Source of the DNA: a virus
Direction: 5' to 3' (one strand)
IMG/VR virus record: IMGVR_UViG_3300042564_004498
Span: 1 to 64,000 of that record
DNA: 64,000 nucleotides
Positions 1 to 9,071 of the stretch are shown here, one piece after another. A model generated the notes under the pieces. The model did no database searches, was not told the DNA's origin, and saw nothing but the letters and a program-made list of their open reading frames with translations. Position numbers and translations under genes: made by a program. Positions within the stretch are counted from its first letter, which is position 1, and the number at the start of each line of letters is the position of its first letter.

Positions 1-1
1 A

Positions 2-127
2 CAATACGAAGGAAAAGATGTAATAATCTTTAACTTCAAAAAGTATGGATGGTTAAACGATAACAGATTTAACACCTACAACCTATCATTAGGACCAGCA
101 GGTATAACAATTGAAATACTATTATGA
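2..127 (+). CDS. partial hypothetical protein (5' truncated by window)
   Basis: Open frame from base 2 to TGA at 125-127, overlapping next ATG (ATGA). Confidence 0.6.
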   Translation, partial: QYEGKDVIIFNFKKYGWLNDNRFNTYNLSLGPAGITIEILL

Positions 128-342
128 TAGTTAACGAAAAGGTGGATGATAAAGGTAGAGTTGTTGAAAAGAAAATAACAGGTTCTTACTATAATTCCAT
201 TTGGAGTTATATCTATGACGATAAAAATCAAACCGTAACCCAAAAAAGAAGTGACTCACCTTTTTATAAAATTATTACGGATTTAATAAGTAAAACAAGT
301 AAAATCGTTTGGAACGATGGTAAAGAAGAACAAATAATATGA
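124..342 (+). CDS. hypothetical protein
   Basis: ORF coupled to neighbours by ATGA overlaps. Confidence 0.65.
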   Translation: MIVNEKVDDKGRVVEKKITGSYYNSIWSYIYDDKNQTVTQKRSDSPFYKIITDLISKTSKIVWNDGKEEQII

Positions 343-524
343 AAACAGAAAAAGAAATAAGAGAGAAGTACGAAGAAATGTTGAAACATACCGAAGATTT
401 AGATGATATGGTCAAAAATCCAAATACCTACAGTGGTATCACTGTTGAAAATATTCAAAATCATATCAGAATAAGAGAAGAACAATATCAAATGAATGCG
501 TTAATTAATTGGATATTAAATTAG
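339..524 (+). CDS. hypothetical protein
   Basis: ORF, ATGA overlap. Confidence 0.65.
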   Translation: MKTEKEIREKYEEMLKHTEDLDDMVKNPNTYSGITVENIQNHIRIREEQYQMNALINWILN

Positions 525-526
525 AT

Positions 527-1054
527 ATGAAAAGTCCATTAACCGGAAAAGAAATGAAACTAATGTCGGAACCATCCACATTAAATTACAGAGGAAAACA
601 ATACAATGTGAATCATCACTTCTACCTATGTGAATTATCAAACGAACAATTCACGACAACAGAATTAGATGAACAAAATTTACAAGAACTTAACAAACAA
701 GTTAAACTTGAGTTTAGTGATATTAGACCATGGGGATTTTACGAAATCTTATTAGACACCGATTATACTAAGGTAAAACAAATTACGGTAAATCCAGGTC
801 AAAAATTATCATACCAATATCATGAAAAAAGAAAAGAATATTGGACAATCGTTAAAGGTTCTGCAACAATAATTTTGAATGATGAAAAAGTGTTTAGAAA
901 TCAAGGAGAATCAATTCACATTCCTTTAGGTTCAAAACATAGAATAATTAACGAAAGTGATGAAATATTAATTTTTATCGAAGTTCAAACAGGAGAATCT
1001 TTTGACGAAGAAGATATTATAAGACTTGAAGATGATTATGGTAGACAGGATTAA
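527..1054 (+). CDS. fusion: MqsA-like antitoxin N-terminal domain + mannose-6-phosphate isomerase-type cupin
   Basis: N-term MKSPLTGKEM...FYLCELSNEQFTTTELDE; C-term RPWGFYE...LSYQYH.KRKEYW...EVQTG...EEDIIRLEDDYGR typical of ManC/PMI type II cupin; start moved to ATG 527. Confidence 0.8.
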   Translation: MKSPLTGKEMKLMSEPSTLNYRGKQYNVNHHFYLCELSNEQFTTTELDEQNLQELNKQVKLEFSDIRPWGFYEILLDTDYTKVKQITVNPGQKLSYQYHEKRKEYWTIVKGSATIILNDEKVFRNQGESIHIPLGSKHRIINESDEILIFIEVQTGESFDEEDIIRLEDDYGRQD

Positions 1055-1662
1055 TGAAATGTCATGTATAATTGAACTATTTTTGTTGCCAATTTACCAA
1101 TAGTTCTATTAACTTTATCTAATTCAATCTCCATACCTTGAGATTCCATCCATTTAATGGTTCCCTGAACCATTTTATCTTTAGCCTCTTCAGCATTATT
1201 GAGAACATCTTGGAAGTCTTCATTGTCTTCCAAGTTTTCTCCGTAATATCGGTCAATCCATTGTTTACCTGAGTATAAAAATGGCCCTGATTGAAACATG
1301 TTAACGGGGCTCGCCTTTCTTACTTTATAAAGATAATCTCTTAAAAATTTCCAATCAAAATTTTCAAAAATTTCTGGATTATCCGCAAAAAAGTTATATT
1401 CGTTTGATAATGTATTCGTTTTAGCCTCCTCAATTTGTTTTTTTGATAATTTCCAAGCGTCCGTTACACTAACCAATGATAATCTACTATCATTATCCCA
1501 ATCAACACTAATAATTAAATCATCCTCATTCGGTTCAAATGGGTCTTTTTGAACTTTAGTTACAGTTCCTTCAGTACCAGGAGGTACTCCAGTTTCTCCG
1601 TCCATATGGTAACAAATCACTCTATCACCTACTTTTAATTTTGGATTTAATTCACTCTTCAT
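1051..1662 (-). CDS. DUF4314-like (SH3-like) domain plus DUF5049-like domain protein
   Basis: VPPGTEGTV...VDWDNDSRLSLV; later VRKASPVNMF. Confidence 0.55.
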   Translation of the reverse strand: MKSELNPKLKVGDRVICYHMDGETGVPPGTEGTVTKVQKDPFEPNEDDLIISVDWDNDSRLSLVSVTDAWKLSKKQIEEAKTNTLSNEYNFFADNPEIFENFDWKFLRDYLYKVRKASPVNMFQSGPFLYSGKQWIDRYYGENLEDNEDFQDVLNNAEEAKDKMVQGTIKWMESQGMEIELDKVNRTIGKLATKIVQLYMTFH

Positions 1663-1695
1663 AACAATAAATATAAGCAGTATATTTATTGTTAT
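1661..1695. promoter_or_regulatory. divergent pair of TATTTAT putative phage late promoters in a perfect 15-bp inverted repeat
   Basis: ataacaataaatata-agcag-tatatttattgttat between two divergent start codons. Confidence 0.65.
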
Positions 1696-2316
1696 ATGGA
1701 TTTTTTAATTAACGAATCTCAACTGAGAACAATTTTAACGGAACAAGATAAATCTAAGATGACAGATTATATGAAAGTACTATATTCTTTCACAAATAAT
1801 CTTGTTGGTAGAGTACTAAAAGTTTATGGGTTTAACTTAAAAATGTTATTAACTTGGGGTACCTCTGTTGGAGGTATGGTTATGCCATTAGACAACTTTA
1901 TCAAAACAGGAAATTTTGATTTAACCGATGACCAACGATATTTAATTTTAGCGGGAGTCGCTTTCATTATATTTTTTGAAAGTAAAAAAGGACTTGTAAA
2001 CATTTTAGAACAAATTAAAGAAGAGGGTCTTGAAGACACTTTTAGAATCGTTTTAGAAAAAGCTAAAGATTTAAAATCTTCATTTAAAGGATTTCTTAAT
2101 TCGTTAAAAGTTACATCAAGTAGTTTCATGGAAACCGTTGCTTATAGTTTCTTAATACCAATTATTTTAGATATCCAAACTATTGCTTATAACACCTCTG
2201 ACCCAAAAGAGGCTGGAATACATATTGCAGAAAGACTTATTGCTTCAGGAGTTGTTGTTATTGGGTCACAAGTATTATCTCAAGTACTTAGAAAAATAAT
2301 AGAAAGACTTAGGTAA
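1696..2316 (+). CDS. hypothetical protein with INESQ/LTEQ leader
   Basis: MDFLINESQLRTILTEQ; TATTTAT upstream. Confidence 0.75.
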   Translation: MDFLINESQLRTILTEQDKSKMTDYMKVLYSFTNNLVGRVLKVYGFNLKMLLTWGTSVGGMVMPLDNFIKTGNFDLTDDQRYLILAGVAFIIFFESKKGLVNILEQIKEEGLEDTFRIVLEKAKDLKSSFKGFLNSLKVTSSSFMETVAYSFLIPIILDIQTIAYNTSDPKEAGIHIAERLIASGVVVIGSQVLSQVLRKIIERLR

Positions 2317-3049
2317 ACATTTCATCATTAATATCAAAATGATTGGCTGTTGGGTGAACGTCTAAACCATCTATTGATTTAACATACCACAAGGGTTGTA
2401 CGTATAAGTCATCAATTTTTAATAAATTAATTTCATCTCGTAATGTACTATAAAGAATATTTTCTACCTCATCTTTAAATCTATCCGAATCATACATCAT
2501 ATCACTAACAACGCCCGCCAACTCATCTATCATGTCTAAATTAGGTGATACTGTTTTACCGTTTATTTTAAAATTTGATAATTTAAGGTAAAAATAAAAA
2601 GTAATATAATCCCCATCAAAATTACTAAAATAACCATCAGATGGTTCCCAATGTATGTTAAATTTTAACCAATTTGTTTTATTTGTAATAAGTTCCGCAG
2701 TTTGAATTCGTTGTTGAATTTTTTTTAATACTTTTTGTTCCTTCTCAGGACTAATATAAACACCACCTTTAACAGGTTGTTTACCATTAACCAGTATGTG
2801 AGCATTTATTGATATTGTAGCATCAAGATACTTTGATATGTTATCAATAATATCATCTATATGACTTTCAAAAACTGGTATTGCATATGATTGATTTTTT
2901 TTAGGTAAAATAACATTTATAGTGACATCATATATGGGTATAAACCCTGTCTCATCAAGTTTAATTTTAATAAAATGATATTCACATCCATCCTCTAAAA
3001 AAGGGTGGGACATTAACATTTTTTTAAGAACATTAGATAAATCAGACAT
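2309..3049 (-). CDS. hypothetical protein
   Basis: 246-aa ORF coupled to upstream gene. Confidence 0.75.
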   Translation of the reverse strand: MSDLSNVLKKMLMSHPFLEDGCEYHFIKIKLDETGFIPIYDVTINVILPKKNQSYAIPVFESHIDDIIDNISKYLDATISINAHILVNGKQPVKGGVYISPEKEQKVLKKIQQRIQTAELITNKTNWLKFNIHWEPSDGYFSNFDGDYITFYFYLKLSNFKINGKTVSPNLDMIDELAGVVSDMMYDSDRFKDEVENILYSTLRDEINLLKIDDLYVQPLWYVKSIDGLDVHPTANHFDINDEMFT

Positions 3050-4022
3050 TATTTAAAATTTTTGCAATGACTTTTTCTTTTTGAGTCGGATTCAATCTAT
3101 GTTTATGAGGATTTTTTTCAAACCAATTCCTAACCAATGTTTCAAAATCTAATTTTGTTGTTTTAGATTTTCTATTAAATCCTGCTCTTTGTGCTTCTAA
3201 CTCATGTTGTTGCGTGTAATAAATTTCAGGGTCTTCAGTTTCTTCCTCTGGTGTTTCAAACCCTTCATCATGTTGTTTAACATGTTCCAATTCATGACGA
3301 ATAACCTCATTTAATTCGTGGCTTAATTCCTCTAAAATAGAATATCCCGCATTTGGATTTGAAATGATGGTAACAATCACATCATCATCGTCATATCGTA
3401 ATTCAGCGTCTACATCTACAGTATCCACATCATCACTCAATTCTAAATTCAATTTAATAACAAATCCTTCAATTCCAGGGTAAGTATAAACCATCTCATC
3501 CCCATTAATATCTTCAGGTAAAGTGAACTCACCTTCTCTTTGATACTTGAAAAAATTTATAATGTCTTTTACCAATACTCTGGTTAATTTATCTAATTTT
3601 CCTTCAACAAGTATTGATTCGTTCAATTTGTCCTCAGCAACTTCATTTATCACTCTAGTGCATATCGCCTTTTTTTCCACACCAAAATATTGTAAGAAAT
3701 CAGTTAACTTCTCGTTCATTATCCATCTAATGTTTGCATATTGTTGGCTAGTGGTATTAATTGAAACTTTTTTACCATAGATATCACCATACAATTTACT
3801 CCACCTGTCTGAGGTTTCATTTGTAGGTAGGATATAGATAGTATATTCAACATGTGGTTTCTTATCGCCCACATGATAATAATCTTTCACACCTGTTAAT
3901 TTTACTTTAACATTTGTTGGCACAGAATAGTCCTCATCATGTGTAGGTTGTAAATAAACCTCAAATGTATGGTTGGCAAAAAATTCGTTAATTCTTTCTA
4001 TTGGAAAATCTATAAAATTCAT
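3042..4022 (-). CDS. HExxH zinc metallopeptidase-like protein
   Basis: VIRHELEHVKQ...ELEAQ. Confidence 0.6.
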   Translation of the reverse strand: MNFIDFPIERINEFFANHTFEVYLQPTHDEDYSVPTNVKVKLTGVKDYYHVGDKKPHVEYTIYILPTNETSDRWSKLYGDIYGKKVSINTTSQQYANIRWIMNEKLTDFLQYFGVEKKAICTRVINEVAEDKLNESILVEGKLDKLTRVLVKDIINFFKYQREGEFTLPEDINGDEMVYTYPGIEGFVIKLNLELSDDVDTVDVDAELRYDDDDVIVTIISNPNAGYSILEELSHELNEVIRHELEHVKQHDEGFETPEEETEDPEIYYTQQHELEAQRAGFNRKSKTTKLDFETLVRNWFEKNPHKHRLNPTQKEKVIAKILNNV

Positions 4023-4034
4023 TACCTATAAATA

Positions 4035-4460
4035 CTACCGAATTGGGATTGATAACCCCACACCATAATTAATTCCATTCATATAGTTTACACCTAATGT
4101 AAAATCAGGTCCTTCTTTAACATCTAAGATGATTCTAAGTGGATAAATTTTAACCCAAACATCAGGTTTGAACTTAACTTCATCTAAGTAATTTTCAAGG
4201 AATACTCCACCCATGACAGATACCTTATGATTGGTAAGACTTATACCAGCTCGGTTCATTCTTGATTGAGGAGTTGTGTAGATATATGGTTGTGGAAACG
4301 ATGTGGTGATGTATCCACCAACATAAAAACCAAGACCATTGTAATTATTATTGTATGTTACGACGGCACTTTTGTCGTTTGGCACATACATCACATCAGA
4401 GGTTTGTCCATTCACTAATGAACAAATAAAAAATAAAATAAGGGTAAGTGTTGTTTTCAT
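4035..4460 (-). CDS. exported protein, possible small outer-membrane beta-barrel
   Basis: Signal peptide MKTTLTLILFFICSLVNG; amphipathic beta strands ending YGVGLSIPIR. Confidence 0.5.
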   Translation of the reverse strand: MKTTLTLILFFICSLVNGQTSDVMYVPNDKSAVVTYNNNYNGLGFYVGGYITTSFPQPYIYTTPQSRMNRAGISLTNHKVSVMGGVFLENYLDEVKFKPDVWVKIYPLRIILDVKEGPDFTLGVNYMNGINYGVGLSIPIR

Positions 4461-4505
4461 AGTACAAATATATTACTTTTGTATCAGAATAACAAAAAAA
4501 ATATT

Positions 4506-4593
4506 GGAAAGATGGCAGAGTTGGCCGATTGCGTCAGTCTTGAAAACTGAAGACCTCGTAAGGGGTCCGTGGGTTCGAATCCTACTCTTTCCG
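4506..4593 (+). tRNA. tRNA-Ser(TGA)
   Basis: Acceptor GGAAAGA/TCTTTCC, anticodon stem TCAGT/ACTGA with loop CTTGAAA, long variable arm, GGTTCGAATCC, G discriminator; host-type TACTTTTG promoter just upstream. Confidence 0.95.
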
Positions 4594-4664
4594 CAAAATC
4601 AATAGTGCTGTACGCGACAGAGACAAAAGACAGGAGTGAAAGAGCTGTCCCTATTGATTTAAAA

Positions 4665-4700
4665 CAAAAATACCTCATAGAAATATGGGGTATTTTTTTT
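4665..4700 (+). terminator. intrinsic terminator after tRNA-Ser
   Basis: aaatacctcata-gaaa-tatggggtattt followed by T run. Confidence 0.7.
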
Positions 4701-4746
4701 GACTAATAATTTTATTTAAATTATATTTTTAAAAAAATTAAAACCT

Positions 4747-5769
4747 ATGTCTAGAATAGATGAATTAAAAAAACAGTTTCCTGAATTAAACATTACTATG
4801 TTTGATTTGTTCAAAAGGATTGACACTTCAAACACTTACAAATATTTCCCAATTTTATGTAAAATTTTAGGGGTAAGATTTAATATAAAACATAATTACG
4901 GAACTAACAGACAAAGACTTGATGAAGCAAAATTAGATTTACATTCAAGTTTATTGGATAGGGGTATTTCTACGGATAATCTTACCGATAACGAATTATT
5001 TGCACTTTACAATCTTACGGATTATCTTGTTACTGACCATCTTACAACAATAAAAGATTTTATCAGATACATGGATAAAAATCTAATTGAAAATAAAGAT
5101 GTTACTTCTTATTCAACAATAGATGATTTAAGAGCTGGGATAACATTAGCATCAATGAAAGAATTTAATAAAGACCTTGAAGGTCAAGTAATTAAAGAGT
5201 TTGAAGATGAAAAATGGTTAGTAGTTAGACCATTAACTTTTCAAGCGTCTTCCAAATATGGTGCAACAACCAGATGGTGTACAACATATAAAAGAGACAA
5301 ACATTATTTTAAAAAATATTGGGAAAAAGGTATTTTAGTTTATTTCATTAATAAACAAAGTGGGTATAAATTTGCCGGATATAAAGGATTAAAGAACGAT
5401 GATGATTTTAGTTTTTGGAATTCTGAAGATAGTAGAGTTGATTATTTAAATGTTGAGGCTGACGATTATTTATATTCTATTGTTAAACAAATATTTAAAT
5501 CTGACAAAACAAATAAAGATTTATGTAGTGAAGAAGTATCAAACCAAGTTATCAAAGAATGTAATGATGATGTTAAACGTTTGTACTCGGAACCTCAGGT
5601 TGAAGAAATAGAAGTTAATGCTCCACGATACATGGGTGAAGCTATGATGGGTATGGACGAACAAATACGAGAAGAAATTGACCGTGATGTTGTAAGACAA
5701 TTAAGGGAGGTTGCAAGAGAACATTATCCAGAGGATTCAATCTCAGAATTAATACCAATGAGAGCGTAA
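4747..5769 (+). CDS. conserved large-phage hypothetical protein
   Basis: 340-aa ORF; motif WLVVRPLTFQASSKYGATTRWCTT. Confidence 0.75.
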   Translation: MSRIDELKKQFPELNITMFDLFKRIDTSNTYKYFPILCKILGVRFNIKHNYGTNRQRLDEAKLDLHSSLLDRGISTDNLTDNELFALYNLTDYLVTDHLTTIKDFIRYMDKNLIENKDVTSYSTIDDLRAGITLASMKEFNKDLEGQVIKEFEDEKWLVVRPLTFQASSKYGATTRWCTTYKRDKHYFKKYWEKGILVYFINKQSGYKFAGYKGLKNDDDFSFWNSEDSRVDYLNVEADDYLYSIVKQIFKSDKTNKDLCSEEVSNQVIKECNDDVKRLYSEPQVEEIEVNAPRYMGEAMMGMDEQIREEIDRDVVRQLREVAREHYPEDSISELIPMRA

Positions 5770-5772
5770 AAT

Positions 5773-5806
5773 AAAAAACCCACTATAAAGTGGGTTTTTT
5801 ATTTTT
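5773..5806. terminator. bidirectional intrinsic terminator
   Basis: aaaaaacccact-ataa-agtgggtttttt between convergent genes. Confidence 0.8.
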
Positions 5807-6095
5807 ATAAAGGTCTTTGGTTCCAATAAATGTGTAAACTGTTATCAAGACCTAACATTTTAAAAAAATTTTTAATATCTGTGTTGATTTTATAAGTATA
5901 ACTACCTTTTGTCCAATCAGGGTCCATATCTAAGAAAAAATTTATTCTATTAGGATTTGCAATTCCATAAGTTATTTTATGAACACTAAGTTTGATTGGC
6001 TCATCGTCTTCACCAACTAATTCGTTGTTAATTTCAGGTGTTAAGACATCGTCAAGATAAACTTGCAAATATTTTTCAATTTTATCTATTTCCAT
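5805..6095 (-). CDS. hypothetical protein
   Basis: ORF coupled to upstream gene. Confidence 0.65.
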   Translation of the reverse strand: MEIDKIEKYLQVYLDDVLTPEINNELVGEDDEPIKLSVHKITYGIANPNRINFFLDMDPDWTKGSYTYKINTDIKNFFKMLGLDNSLHIYWNQRPL

Positions 6096-6097
6096 TA

Positions 6098-6721
6098 TTA
6101 AGAATTTGAAGAAGATAATCCCAATTGTTTAGCGTAACGACCAACATTACAAGACCAATATCCTGCAGTTGTTTTATCTGTTTTTTGAGAACATTTATTA
6201 AGAGTTCTAAATGATTTTGTGTCTTTTTTGTTTGTGGTTTTATTTTTTAAGTTAGAGTCTCCAAATGTTACTTTTTTAACACCATCTGTTTTACTTTTAA
6301 CATAAACCGCAAATTTCTTAGGACCACCTGGTGTTCTATGTGGTTTATTTAATTCAACATTTTTACCGTGAAGTTTTGCTTCTCTTAAAATATCTTCTTC
6401 CGTTTCTGTTTCATAAATGTATGGGGCATCAAGGTAAATAAGTCTTTTACCTATTTTAACTTTTTTACCTAAATCAGACTCAACCATTAAAGTATCATCT
6501 TCATTTAAGTCAATTTTACCTTCATTCCAAAGTTCTCTAACTTCATTAACCAAATTAAAATATGATTCAGAATAAACTCTAAATACATTATTAGTTAATG
6601 TCATGTTATTATCAATATGATATTTTAACTCATCAGACACTTCAACATTTTCTTTCAAAATCAAAGATTTGTCAAAATGTGACTCTAAAGACTCTTTTAT
6701 TAATTCTCGTAAACTATCCAT
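6098..6721 (-). CDS. leader-bearing protein with basic Cys/Trp C-terminal domain (paralog of 61485..62006)
   Basis: Start at MDSLRELIKES; C-term KKFAVYVK...VKKVTFGD...KSFR..NKC...AGYWSC. Confidence 0.7.
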   Translation of the reverse strand: MDSLRELIKESLESHFDKSLILKENVEVSDELKYHIDNNMTLTNNVFRVYSESYFNLVNEVRELWNEGKIDLNEDDTLMVESDLGKKVKIGKRLIYLDAPYIYETETEEDILREAKLHGKNVELNKPHRTPGGPKKFAVYVKSKTDGVKKVTFGDSNLKNKTTNKKDTKSFRTLNKCSQKTDKTTAGYWSCNVGRYAKQLGLSSSNS

Positions 6722-6816
6722 TTTATATTTGATTGGTATTTTAATTGTGTATTTATAATAAATAGTCAATAACTATAAGTTTATAAACTATTTATTGGTT
6801 ATAAACCCAAATTACT

Positions 6817-7638
6817 ATGTTATTAAAAATTAACTCAAAAGGAGAAGAAGTAAAAAAACTTCAATCAAAATTAGGAACAACACCTGATGGTACTTTCGGC
6901 CCTGGAACTGAAAAATTGGTTAAAGAATGGCAAACCAAAAATGGTTTAACCCCTGACGGAATTGTCGGTGACGGAACTTGGAACAAAATGTTTCCTGTCA
7001 AAATAATTAAAGAAGATGTTGTCATTCCAAAAGATAGTCCATTCAATTTAGAAAAATTAAAAGGTCATATTCCTGAATCAGTAATTGCTCAGATTCCTGA
7101 AACTGCGGTAAAATTCAATATCACTAGCCCATTAAGATTGGCTCACTTTTTGGCCCAATGTGGTCATGAATCGGGAGGTTTTAAAGCGGTATCAGAAAAT
7201 GTTAACTATTCTGTTGATGGTCTTAAAAAGATATTTCCAAAATACTTTCCTGGTAACTTAGCAGAATCTTACGCAAGAAACCCTGAAAAAATTGCATCAA
7301 AAGTGTATGGTGGAAGAATGGGTAATGGAGACGAATCAACAAAAGAGGGATTTAAATTTCGTGGAAGAGGATATATCCAATTAACTGGTAAAGACAACTA
7401 TAAAAACTTTGCGAAGTTCATTGGTGAGGACACTGTGTCAAATCCTGATTTAGTTGCTACCAAATATCCGTTAGCGTCTGCAGCATTTTTCTTTGATTCA
7501 AATAAATTATGGTCTATTTGTGATAAAGGGGCTGACGCCATTACTGTAACTGCCGTTACGAAAAGAGTTAATGGTGGAATTATTGGACTTGTAGATAGAA
7601 TAAAACATTTCAAGGAATATTATAATTTATTAAAATAA
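6817..7638 (+). CDS. endolysin: peptidoglycan-binding domain + GH19 lysozyme/chitinase
   Basis: DGTFGPGTE..VKEWQ..NGLTPDGIVG; AHFLAQCGHESGGF, FRGRGYIQLTGKDNY, VTKRVNGG. Confidence 0.92.
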   Translation: MLLKINSKGEEVKKLQSKLGTTPDGTFGPGTEKLVKEWQTKNGLTPDGIVGDGTWNKMFPVKIIKEDVVIPKDSPFNLEKLKGHIPESVIAQIPETAVKFNITSPLRLAHFLAQCGHESGGFKAVSENVNYSVDGLKKIFPKYFPGNLAESYARNPEKIASKVYGGRMGNGDESTKEGFKFRGRGYIQLTGKDNYKNFAKFIGEDTVSNPDLVATKYPLASAAFFFDSNKLWSICDKGADAITVTAVTKRVNGGIIGLVDRIKHFKEYYNLLK

Positions 7639-7639
7639 T

Positions 7640-8047
7640 TTGGAACCTTTAATTTTTAATAGCGAATTTTTACCTGACGTACAAATCGCAGTTGTTCTAT
7701 CAGAGCATCCTCAATACGAAGACCTTAAACCAATTTTTGATGAATATGGTTATGGTTTTATGGTGCCTGGTAAAAATCTAATAATTATAGATGGAGAACA
7801 ATTCATTAATAACTTTAATGCTGATGTTCTTAAGTTTATAGAAGCCCATGAAGTATCTCATATTATTTTAGGACATGATGGACCAAGAAACGACAATGAA
7901 GAAATGGACGCCGATTTAGGTGCATATTTATTACTTAAGAAAATAGATAGATTAGGTTCTATTAAAACTCTTTTAAAACATTTTAAAGAGCGTCATGGTG
8001 TTGAATTTGATGAAAAATTATTGGATAGAGTAAAAAATTCATTCTAA
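7640..8047 (+). CDS. ImmA/IrrE-like HExxH metallopeptidase domain protein
   Basis: EAHEVSHIILGH...EMDAD. Confidence 0.6.
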   Translation: MEPLIFNSEFLPDVQIAVVLSEHPQYEDLKPIFDEYGYGFMVPGKNLIIIDGEQFINNFNADVLKFIEAHEVSHIILGHDGPRNDNEEMDADLGAYLLLKKIDRLGSIKTLLKHFKERHGVEFDEKLLDRVKNSF

Positions 8048-8094
8048 CGCTAGTTAAAAGTGGACTTTTTTAAATAATTTTCATATTTATTTGT

Positions 8095-8175
8095 TACACA
8101 TCGCTCCACAAGGAGTGTTCTCATATATCTTTCCAAAAGACCCGTGAATTTAGTTTGACGGGTCTTATTTTTTTA
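8095..8175 (+). ncRNA. candidate small RNA
   Basis: TATTTAT upstream, ctcc-acaa-ggag hairpin, terminator agacccgt...acgggtct-T run, no ORF. Confidence 0.4.
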
Positions 8176-8176
8176 C

Positions 8177-8184
8177 TATCTTTG
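8177..8184 (+). promoter_or_regulatory. Bacteroidota sigma70-type -7 element TATCTTTG
   Basis: Matches TAnnTTTG; the same octamer precedes 9072, 15807, 59229 and, on the minus strand, 14729, 15020, 50875, 55810. Confidence 0.65.
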
Positions 8185-8196
8185 TAAAAAATAATT

Positions 8197-8832
8197 ATGG
8201 AACCAGAAAAAGATATATTTGACCAATGGGCTGAGAAGCGTGAAAAAGAATCTTGGATTATAAGAAAATTAAAATTTATTCCATCGTGGTGGAATCACGA
8301 TGGTAGATATTACCACAAATACATTAAGGAAGGAGTAAAAAACCTAATTTATTGGATTCCAATCATATGGAAAGACCGAAATTGGGATAGTCATTACATC
8401 TTTGATATAATGAAACACAAATTATCCGCTCAAGCCGATTATATTGGTCGTAGAGATTTACACACTCGTGCTCAACAAGATGCTCGTAGAATGAGACTTT
8501 GTGTAAAATTAATGGGATTGGTTCAAGAAGAGTTTTATTCCTCAGAATACTCCGATTTTCATAAAACTAAACATTGGTTTGAACCGGTTCCGGGTGACGA
8601 AAGATTATCATCTTGGGAGTCACGATTATTAGAAGAAAATTTTGATGATTACTTCAAAAAATACCCACTTATTTACAAAAGAGTAATCAATGGTGAGGGT
8701 GTTTTTGGTAGAGAAGGTCGTAAAGACGATAAACAAATCATTGCAATGAATATTGGACACATAAATCACGATAGAGCAAGAAAATTGTTATTCAATATTA
8801 TGAGTGACAATATTGAGGGTTGGTGGGATTAA
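8197..8832 (+). CDS. conserved phage hypothetical protein
   Basis: NLIYWIPIIWKDRNWD... C-term IEGWWD. Confidence 0.75.
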   Translation: MEPEKDIFDQWAEKREKESWIIRKLKFIPSWWNHDGRYYHKYIKEGVKNLIYWIPIIWKDRNWDSHYIFDIMKHKLSAQADYIGRRDLHTRAQQDARRMRLCVKLMGLVQEEFYSSEYSDFHKTKHWFEPVPGDERLSSWESRLLEENFDDYFKKYPLIYKRVINGEGVFGREGRKDDKQIIAMNIGHINHDRARKLLFNIMSDNIEGWWD

Positions 8833-8850
8833 ATTAAAAAAAAATAAGTT

Positions 8851-9036
8851 ATGATAGGAGTTTATGTAATTATGTTTTTTGTTGTTTTAGGTATCTCAGC
8901 CCTTTGGGTTAAAGGTATCACCGATATGCACGAAAAACATCCCGATTATAGAGGTGAAGATTTATTTGGGGACGGATTTAATTTTGATGACAAAAAAGAA
9001 GACGAAGAAGATAGAAAAGATTATGACGAAGATTAA
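8851..9036 (+). CDS. small membrane protein with acidic tail
   Basis: N-terminal hydrophobic helix. Confidence 0.65.
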   Translation: MIGVYVIMFFVVLGISALWVKGITDMHEKHPDYRGEDLFGDGFNFDDKKEDEEDRKDYDED

Positions 9037-9071
9037 ACTATTTTTACTATCTTTGTAAAAAAATAGAAATT

